From Usitatibacter sp. (GTDB taxonomy: Bacteria > Pseudomonadota > Gammaproteobacteria > Burkholderiales > Usitatibacteraceae), in contig JBKJTM010000143.1 in the NCBI GenBank assembly GCA_046590805.1, forward strand, positions 1 through 33,210: 33,210 bases of DNA, read 5' to 3'. Below, piece by piece: positions 1 through 6,688 of the stretch (positions within the stretch are counted from its first letter, which is position 1; each line of letters starts with the position of its first letter). Under the pieces are notes generated by a model. It was not told where the DNA came from. It was given only the letters and a program-made list of their open reading frames with translations, and ran no database searches. The translations under genes were made by a program, and so were the position numbers.

Positions 1-117
1 CGCGTGCATCCCGATGACGTCGCCGCGGTCTGGGCGCGCATCCAGCAGGCCGTCGCTGCCGAGGCCGGCTTCACGGCCGAATTCCGGGTGGTGCTTCCGG
101 AGGGCGGCGAGCGCTGA
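1..117 (+). pseudogene. 5' PAS-domain segment of the downstream hybrid histidine kinase, separated from it by an in-frame TGA (gene starts before the window)
   Basis: Frame 1 reads RVHPDDVAAVWARIQQAVAAEAGFTAEFRVVLPEGGER*LSTSGKV..., a typical PAS_3/PAC pattern (HPDD...EFR...G..RW). TGA at 115-117 occupies the expected Trp codon and is in frame with ORF 118..1347. Confidence 0.75.
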
Positions 118-1347
118 TTGTCCACCAGCGGCAAGGTCTATCGCGGCCCGGACGGGGGCAAGCGCATGGTGGGGGCGACCTTCAGCATCGATCCGTACAA
201 GAAGGCCGAGGCCGCGCTGCGCGAAGGCGACCGGCGCAAGGACGAGTTCCTCGCGATGCTGGCCCACGAGCTGCGCAACCCGCTCGCGCCGATCCGCTCC
301 GCGGCGGAAATCCTTCTCATGTCGGCGCACGACGAACGGCGCACGCGCAAGGCGAGCGAGGTGATCGCCCGCCAGGTCGACCACGTGACCAAGCTCGTAG
401 CCGACCTCCTGGACGTGTCGCGGGTCACGCGCGGCCTGGTCTCGCTGCAGTCCGAGACGGTGGAAATCGCGCAGGTGGTGCAGAACGCCATCGAGCAGGC
501 GATGCCCCTGCTGCAGGCGCGCAACCACTCGCTGCGGACGCGGATGGCTTCCCTCCCGATCGCGGTCCGGGGAGACCGCGCACGCCTCATCCAGGTCGTC
601 GTGAATCTCCTCAGCAACTCGGCGCGTTACACCCCGCCCGCCGGAACCATCGACGTCGACGTGACGCTCGCCGAGGGCCACGCGCGCATCGAGGTGTCGG
701 ACAGCGGCCAGGGCATCGAGCCGGAACTGCTTCCGCATGTCTTCGAGTTGCTCACGCAAGGGCCGCGCGGCATCGACCGGTCCCAGGGCGGGCTCGGCAT
801 CGGGCTCACGCTGGTGCGCCGGCTGGTCGAACTCCATGGCGGCCGGGTGTACGGCCACAGCGAGGGCCGCGGGCGTGGCAGCCGCTTCACCGTCGAGCTG
901 CCCGTGGTCCGTGCCGAACCGATTCCCGCCCGCGAGCCCACGCCGGTGCGCACTACCACCAGGCGCCGGGTCTGCATCATCGACGACAACCGCGATGCCG
1001 CCGACACGCTGGCAGCGCTCGTCGAGCTGGCCGGTCACGAGGTGGCCGTATGCTACGACGCGGCCAGTGCCCTGGAGGCCGCGGTCGCGGCGCACGACAT
1101 CTTCGTGATCGACATCGGCCTTCCGGACCTGGACGGACTCGAGCTCGGACGGCGCCTGATGGCGATCCATCCCGCGGCGCGTTATATCGTCGCTTCCGGA
1201 TATGGCCAGCCCGCCGACCTGGAGCTATCGCGCGCGGCCGGTTTTCGCCATCACCTCGTCAAGCCCCTCAGCTGGGAGGTGCTCGCGCCACTCCTCTTCC
1301 CTCCCGATGTGCATTCCATACTCGAATGTAGGCCTCCTCAAGATTGA
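118..1347 (+). CDS. Hybrid sensor histidine kinase/response regulator (PAC remnant-HisKA-HATPase-REC); the true 5' end lies upstream
   Basis: H-box FLAMLAHELRNPL, N-box NLLSNSARYT, G1 DSGQGI, G2 GGLGIGL; receiver IIDDN...DIGLPDLDG...SGYG...LVKP. Confidence 0.92.
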   Translation: MSTSGKVYRGPDGGKRMVGATFSIDPYKKAEAALREGDRRKDEFLAMLAHELRNPLAPIRSAAEILLMSAHDERRTRKASEVIARQVDHVTKLVADLLDVSRVTRGLVSLQSETVEIAQVVQNAIEQAMPLLQARNHSLRTRMASLPIAVRGDRARLIQVVVNLLSNSARYTPPAGTIDVDVTLAEGHARIEVSDSGQGIEPELLPHVFELLTQGPRGIDRSQGGLGIGLTLVRRLVELHGGRVYGHSEGRGRGSRFTVELPVVRAEPIPAREPTPVRTTTRRRVCIIDDNRDAADTLAALVELAGHEVAVCYDAASALEAAVAAHDIFVIDIGLPDLDGLELGRRLMAIHPAARYIVASGYGQPADLELSRAAGFRHHLVKPLSWEVLAPLLFPPDVHSILECRPPQD

Positions 1348-1954
1348 TCGCGGAGGTCGCGACGGGAGAGAGCACCTTCAAGAGTTTGACCGCGCGCTTT
1401 CGCTCCGCCGGCCTCACCAGGTCGAAATCGATGTCATCGGGATCCAGACCGCCAGGTGAGAGGGCGCTGTCTGCAACGGCCGCCCCCTGGCTGAGCCGTG
1501 CGAGGAACTGTTCGCTGCCCCGGACGACTCCGCCATGCAGGCCAATCATCCGCCACCAGGCATTCGGACGTGATTGCACCGAAGCGCCGAAGATCTTGAA
1601 CTGAGGCTCATCGGGTCGCACCAGCAATTGAAGCGTGCCAGGCCTTTGGGTCGTGATGCCCGATTCGTTAAGCACATTGAGGGCGCCTACTGCGGCGCCG
1701 GGCATCACGCGTTGAATCGCTGCCTCGATTTGGTTCTCCGCGGCATGGTCAGCAACCAGATTGAAAAAGACGTCGCTCTTCCCACCCAGCGGCTTCACCA
1801 GCCCTTGCTTTTGCCACAGCCAAAGGTAGTGGGCGGCCGTCTTCGAATCCCAGTCGAAGACCTGGATCGCGTGCTTACCCTCAAAGAACGGCCCGAAGTC
1901 AGCAAGCTTCATGAGTCGCGCGCGCGCGGATGTATACGTCCGCTTGGGCGTCAT
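1268..1954 (-). CDS. Putative AbiEi-like (type IV TA) antitoxin with an N-terminal wHTH-like region
   Basis: ATGA overlap with the upstream nucleotidyltransferase (1951-1954). HTH/wing-like segment KTAAHYLWLWQKQGLVKPLGGKSDVFFN and GALNVLNESGITTQRP resemble the AbiEi 'SAL..hG...q.P' segment. Family call is an inference. Confidence 0.6.
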   Translation of the reverse strand: MTPKRTYTSARARLMKLADFGPFFEGKHAIQVFDWDSKTAAHYLWLWQKQGLVKPLGGKSDVFFNLVADHAAENQIEAAIQRVMPGAAVGALNVLNESGITTQRPGTLQLLVRPDEPQFKIFGASVQSRPNAWWRMIGLHGGVVRGSEQFLARLSQGAAVADSALSPGGLDPDDIDFDLVRPAERKRAVKLLKVLSPVATSAINLEEAYIRVWNAHREGRGVARAPPS

Positions 1955-2904
1955 GAGGCCTGCTCGTCACCGAGAGTAGCCGTATCGGTCGTCAATTTCC
2001 CTGCAGGATCGACAAGATCGGCTGCATCGAGTATGCGAACTGTGGCGCGCTCCGCGATCCGCAGCGTATGTTCCGGGTCCGAGAGGATCGATTGCCCACC
2101 GAGAGCAAGCCAGCGGCCAAGGTCTTTCGAGAAGACCGCGAGCGTTGTGGGCTCCAAGATTTGGGAGGCGCGTGCGCGCAGGCGATTTGCCCAGTCCCTT
2201 TCGATCCGCGGTCCCTTGGGGTAGAGATCTCGGCGATTCCTCAGGGCGCTGCGGAGGGCCGCGCCTTGGAGCGCAGCTCCTTGCTGGTCAAGCCACCAGA
2301 GATCGAAGACGTCCCGATGCTTCAGGTACTCGCGGCCGGCGATTGCATGGATCTTGTCGGCGTAGATCTCCGATAGCTGAGCGGTGGGAATGATTGCCTG
2401 AGAGATGGCGAGCTTGATCGGACGGCGCATTTGCGCCTCTTGGGACAGTCGAACGACTCGCACTTCGGAATCGTAGCTGGCGGCGGCGTTCGGATCGGCA
2501 ACCCGGAACTCGACCTTCACCTTTACGCTCTCGAGAAATACAGGGGCGCGGAAGGAGACCATGTAAATGCGGGGATTCCTGTTCTCGCCCGTCTTCGGGT
2601 CCACGGCGCGAGCCTTGATCTCGAGCTCGGCCTCTGGGCCCATTGCTTGACGCACGTACGCCTTCGCGTGCCTGAGCGCACTTTTCATGACGGCATCCAA
2701 GCCCCTGTCGCTCGCCACGATGAAATCCAAGTCCTCGGATGCTCGCGGAGAACCGTAAGCGAGGTGAAGCGACGTCCCGCCTTGAAAGGCGAGCTCTGCC
2801 CTGCCCCAACGCCTGGCGCGTGAAATCCCATCGAGAAGCGCGACTTGTAGCGCTTCTGCGGCCGATAGGGCTTCCTCCCAGGTCAAGTGGCGTCTCTGAA
2901 TCAT
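1951..2904 (-). CDS. AbiEii/AbiGii-family (DUF1814-like) nucleotidyltransferase toxin
   Basis: Motifs FQGGTSLHLAYGSPRASEDLDF (GGT...R.S.DLD) and ADKIHAIAGR...KHRDVFDLWWL (K..A...R...RD.FD). Confidence 0.9.
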   Translation of the reverse strand: MIQRRHLTWEEALSAAEALQVALLDGISRARRWGRAELAFQGGTSLHLAYGSPRASEDLDFIVASDRGLDAVMKSALRHAKAYVRQAMGPEAELEIKARAVDPKTGENRNPRIYMVSFRAPVFLESVKVKVEFRVADPNAAASYDSEVRVVRLSQEAQMRRPIKLAISQAIIPTAQLSEIYADKIHAIAGREYLKHRDVFDLWWLDQQGAALQGAALRSALRNRRDLYPKGPRIERDWANRLRARASQILEPTTLAVFSKDLGRWLALGGQSILSDPEHTLRIAERATVRILDAADLVDPAGKLTTDTATLGDEQAS

Positions 2905-2909
2905 GGGCT

Positions 2910-2959
2910 ATTATCTAAGATATTTTAGATAACCACAATATCTAAGACTCATTGGATAA
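2910..2959 (-). promoter_or_regulatory. Putative sigma70 promoter with two palindromic operator boxes for the AbiE-like operon
   Basis: Boxes TTATCTAA-N6-TTAGATAA (2911-2932) and ATATCTAA-N6-TTGGATAA (2938-2959). Minus-strand TTGTGG (2938-2933)-17 bp-GATAAT (2915-2910), then 5 nt to the ATG at 2904. AT-rich patch in GC-rich DNA. Confidence 0.7.
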
Positions 2960-3047
2960 TGGCACCGGGCGACAGCTGGGCGCGCCCGAAGTGACCGCCC
3001 TGACACGGACTGAAGCCGCCGCGGCCAGACCCCCTACGGACTCGTCC

Positions 3048-4325
3048 TCAGGCCCGGCGCGGCGCGGGAATCGAGGGCTTGCCCGCCGGCGCAGACAGCG
3101 CCTCGTAGGCGGCGAGCAGCTTCGGCACCTCGTAGCGCCACTCGAGCTCGTTCTCCACCCGCCGGCGGCCATACTCCCCCATGCGCGCGCGGCGCTCGGG
3201 GTCGTCGAGCAGCTCGACGATCTTCGCGGCCATGTCCCGGGGATCGTTCCCGCGCGCGTAGAGCGACGCGTCCCGCGCCGAGAAGCGGCCCTCGGTGAGG
3301 TCGAACTGCACGATCGGCTTGGCGAGCGCCATGTACTCCATGATCTTGTTCATGGTGCTCTTGTCGTTCATCTGGTTGGCGATGTCGGGGTTCACGCAGA
3401 CATCCGCCGTGTTCAGCATCGCGAGCAGCTCGGCATCGGGCACGCGCCCGGTGAAGGTCACGTAGTCGGCTACCCCAAGCTCGGCCGCGAGCGCCCTCAT
3501 CTCCTCGAGCGAGGTGCCGCCGCCGACCAGCCCGAACTGGATGTCGTGGCGCCCGAGGTCGTGGACCACGTGGCGCACGGCCTGCAGCAGGAGGTCGATC
3601 CCCTCCTGCCTGCCCATCACGCCCACGTAACCCACCAGGTGCCTGCGCCCGCGCTTCAGGCTCTGGTCGGGTGGCAGGACCTTGAGGCGCTCGAGGCTCG
3701 GACCGCTGCGGACCACGAATACACGGCCCGGGTCCATGCCGCCCCGCCCGATCGCGATGGCGCGATAGGACTCGTTGGTGGCGAGCGAGACGTCGGCGGT
3801 CGCGAAGCTCCAGCGCTCCAGCGCCACCATCAGCTTCCAGAAGAAGTCGCGCCGGCCGAACTTGGCCTCGTAGAGCTCCGGGTTGATGTCGTGGTGGTCG
3901 AAGACGAACTTCTTGCCGAGCAGCTTGAAGAAGCCGCCGATGATGAAGAAGAGGTCGGGCGGGTTGCAGGCGTGGATCACGTCGAAGCCGCGGGTGAGGA
4001 GGACGCGCCACGAGAGAAGGAAGGTCCAGAAGAGCGCGCTCGAATACTCGATCGCGTAGCCCGCGGCGCCCTCGGCTTCCATCGCCAGCTTGTAGCGGTG
4101 GATCGCGATGCCGTCGATCTCCTCGTAGCGCGACTCGTAACCCTTGCCCGTCGGGCAGATGATCGACACCGTGTACCCGGCATCGCGAAGCGCACCGGCT
4201 TCCTGCCACACGCGCCGGTCGAAGGGGCTGGGGAGGTTCTCCACCAGGATGAGGACGCTCCTGGGGGCGGACCCCGGTTCACGCCTCTGCCTGGGTTGGG
4301 GTCCGTCCCCGGTTTTGACTCTCAT
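3048..4325 (-). CDS. Glycosyltransferase family 4 (GT-B)
   Basis: VLILVENLPSPFDRRVWQEA, HACNPPD, STMNKIMEYMALAKPIV; ATGA overlap with the methyltransferase stop. Confidence 0.92.
   Translation of the reverse strand: MRVKTGDGPQPRQRREPGSAPRSVLILVENLPSPFDRRVWQEAGALRDAGYTVSIICPTGKGYESRYEEIDGIAIHRYKLAMEAEGAAGYAIEYSSALFWTFLLSWRVLLTRGFDVIHACNPPDLFFIIGGFFKLLGKKFVFDHHDINPELYEAKFGRRDFFWKLMVALERWSFATADVSLATNESYRAIAIGRGGMDPGRVFVVRSGPSLERLKVLPPDQSLKRGRRHLVGYVGVMGRQEGIDLLLQAVRHVVHDLGRHDIQFGLVGGGTSLEEMRALAAELGVADYVTFTGRVPDAELLAMLNTADVCVNPDIANQMNDKSTMNKIMEYMALAKPIVQFDLTEGRFSARDASLYARGNDPRDMAAKIVELLDDPERRARMGEYGRRRVENELEWRYEVPKLLAAYEALSAPAGKPSIPAPRRA
4263..4316. repeat. Two tandem REP-like palindromic units (GGGGWCNGWCCCC family)
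   Basis: GGGGGCGGACCCCGGTTC (4263-4280) and GGGGTCCGTCCCCGGTTTT (4298-4316), similar to the copy at 8661-8686. Confidence 0.65.
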
Positions 4326-5242
4326 CTTTTAATCCCCGCCACGCGCAATCCGAGCAGCGCGCGGAATATCTTCATGTCGGCGGCCCTGCGGCGCAACGCC
4401 GCGGGCAGAACGCCCAGCGCCCGCTCCAGCGTGCGCACGAAGAAGGACGGGCAGCGCACGAAGAACCCTCGTGCGCCCACGTAGACGTGCACCTTCGGGA
4501 AGCCGGCCTCGGCGAAGATCTCGCGGATCTCGCCCAGCGTGTATTCCCTGAGGTGGAAGCCGCGCGCCTCGTCGTCGAAGAACGCCGAGATGTCGCTCGG
4601 GCCGTAGATGCGGTTGGGCGTGACGCACATGTAGGCGCCGCCGGGCTTGAGCGCCCGGTGGATGTTGCGCAGCTGCTCGAGGGCGTCGTCCGGGTGAAGG
4701 TGCTCCATCAGCTGATCGCTGAACGCCACGTCGACGCTGCCCGCGGGGACCTCGATGCTGCGCCCGTCGGTGATCACCACCTCGAGGTTCGCGGGCATCG
4801 TGCCCTGCGCCTGGCGGCTGATGTCGACGGCGTAAACCTTCGCGGCCTGCTTCGCGACGCGGGCGGAGAGCGCGCAGTCGCCCGCGCCTATCTCCAGGAA
4901 CGTGCAGCCGGGTCGCAGGTACGGGCGCAGCTGCGCCAGGTTCCACGCGAGGTCGCGCTCGCGCGAGGCCGTCGAAGCCCCGCGCGCGGCGATGCGCGGA
5001 TGGTCCGGCACCTGCGCGAAGAGCTCGTCGTACAGGGTGGCGAAGAGGGCGCGGCGCTCCTCGGGTCCCTTCGCCGCGCGGACGCGGTCGGCAAGCTTCC
5101 GCTCGACGAGGTAGTGCGCGCGGAGGCGGTCCGGGGACCGGGTCTCCTCGCGCTTGCGGGGAATGAAGAGGGCCGCGAGCGGCTCGTAGATGGACGACAT
5201 CAACTCACCCGCGACCGGCAGCAACTCGACGGCTTCGATCAT
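4322..5242 (-). CDS. Class I SAM-dependent methyltransferase
   Basis: Motif I FLEIGAGD, VYAVDIS, SVDVAFSDQLMEHL, LKPGG...TPN. Start could be a later Met. Confidence 0.88.
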   Translation of the reverse strand: MIEAVELLPVAGELMSSIYEPLAALFIPRKREETRSPDRLRAHYLVERKLADRVRAAKGPEERRALFATLYDELFAQVPDHPRIAARGASTASRERDLAWNLAQLRPYLRPGCTFLEIGAGDCALSARVAKQAAKVYAVDISRQAQGTMPANLEVVITDGRSIEVPAGSVDVAFSDQLMEHLHPDDALEQLRNIHRALKPGGAYMCVTPNRIYGPSDISAFFDDEARGFHLREYTLGEIREIFAEAGFPKVHVYVGARGFFVRCPSFFVRTLERALGVLPAALRRRAADMKIFRALLGLRVAGIKR

Positions 5243-5261
5243 TCTCGATCCTCACGCGCGG

Positions 5262-6572
5262 CTACCAGCAGATGCCGTCGTAGACGCCCACGAGGCTGGC
5301 GGAGTCCGAGATCCGCACCAGGTCGACGATCTGCTGCGGCGGCACCAGCAGCTTCGGCACCTCGCGGAATTCCGCCGAGCCGTTGCCGATCACGATGGTG
5401 CCGGCGTGATCGAGGACCTCCTGGACGCTGCCCACCATCAGCTTCGAGATGTGCGGGATGGCGTTCAGGATGTACTCGCGGTTGGCGCCGTGGATGCTCG
5501 CCATCTTCACGTTGCTGTCGTAGACGCGCAGGTCGTAGCCCTTGCCGATGAGCCGCTCGACCAGCTCGACGATCGGGCTTTCGCGCAGGTCGTCGGTGCC
5601 GGCCTTGAAGCTGAAACCGAGGATGCCGACCTTCCTGTTGCCCTTGTCGATCACCGCCTGGATGCCGCGCTCGATCTGCAGCTGGTTGGAGGGCAGGATC
5701 GCGTTGATGATCGGCACCTGCACGTCGAGCAGCTTCGCCTTGTAGGAGAGCGCGCGCACGTCCTTCGGCAGGCACGAGCCGCCGAAGGCGAAGCCGGGCT
5801 TGAGGTAGTACGGCGACAGGTTCAGCTTGGTGTCCTGGCAGAAGATGTCCATCAGCTTGTGGCTGTCGAGCCCCAGGCCCTTGCAGATGTTGCCGATCTC
5901 GTTGGCGAACGACACCTTGAGCGCGTGCCAGGTGTTGTCGGCGTACTTCACCATCTCGGCGGTCTCGTAGTCGGTGCGGATGAGCGGGCACGGCATGTGG
6001 CCGTAGAGCTTCACCAGCACGTCGCCGCTCGCCCGGTCGATCTCGCCGATCACCGTCTTGGGCGGCGCGAAGTAGTCGGCCACCGCGGTGCCTTCGCGCA
6101 GGAATTCGGGGTTGATGCACAGGCCGAAGTCGTCGCCGGCCTTGAGGCCCGAAGACTCCTCGAGCGCGGGAATGACCACGTTCCTCATCGTGCCCGGCAG
6201 CATCGTGCTGCGGATCACGACGGTATGCCCGTGGTGGTCCTTCAACGCCTCGCCGATCTGCTCGCAGACGCGTTTCACGTACTTGAGGTCGATGTGGCCG
6301 TTGCCCATGCTGGGCGTGCCCACGCAGATGAGCGACACGTCGGTGTGGCGCACCGCTTCGTAGACGTTCGTGGTCGCGCGCAGGCGGCCCGCGGCGACGT
6401 TGCGCTCGATCATCTCGCCGATGTCGCGCTCGATGATCGGGGTCTTGCCCGCGTTGATCAGGTCGACCTTGGACTGCTGGGGATCGACGCCGATGACTTC
6501 GTGGCCTTCCTCGGACAGGCAGCCGGCCGAGACCGCGCCGACGTAGCCGAGGCCCATGATGCTGATCTTCAT
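5262..6572 (-). CDS. algD: AlgD-like GDP-mannose/UDP-glucose 6-dehydrogenase
   Basis: 436 aa; GLGYVGAV, CVGTPS, NPEFLRE, catalytic GFAFGGSCLPKD, FKAGTDDLRESP and C-terminal GICW, matching my recollection of Pseudomonas AlgD. Substrate not proven. Confidence 0.85.
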   Translation of the reverse strand: MKISIMGLGYVGAVSAGCLSEEGHEVIGVDPQQSKVDLINAGKTPIIERDIGEMIERNVAAGRLRATTNVYEAVRHTDVSLICVGTPSMGNGHIDLKYVKRVCEQIGEALKDHHGHTVVIRSTMLPGTMRNVVIPALEESSGLKAGDDFGLCINPEFLREGTAVADYFAPPKTVIGEIDRASGDVLVKLYGHMPCPLIRTDYETAEMVKYADNTWHALKVSFANEIGNICKGLGLDSHKLMDIFCQDTKLNLSPYYLKPGFAFGGSCLPKDVRALSYKAKLLDVQVPIINAILPSNQLQIERGIQAVIDKGNRKVGILGFSFKAGTDDLRESPIVELVERLIGKGYDLRVYDSNVKMASIHGANREYILNAIPHISKLMVGSVQEVLDHAGTIVIGNGSAEFREVPKLLVPPQQIVDLVRISDSASLVGVYDGICW

Positions 6573-6688
6573 CTGTGTAGTGCTCCGCGGTTTGAATCGA
6601 GGGTAAGAGCCTAGGATGGCTGTCGGACTTGACCCCTCTAGAGCCCATTAAGGGCTCGCGCGTAGTCCATCCGGCGCAGGCCGACGGT

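Noticed and set aside
115-117. TGA recoding (Trp code or selenocysteine)
   Set aside because: TGA terminates many genes in this window, and the position corresponds to Trp, not a catalytic Cys.
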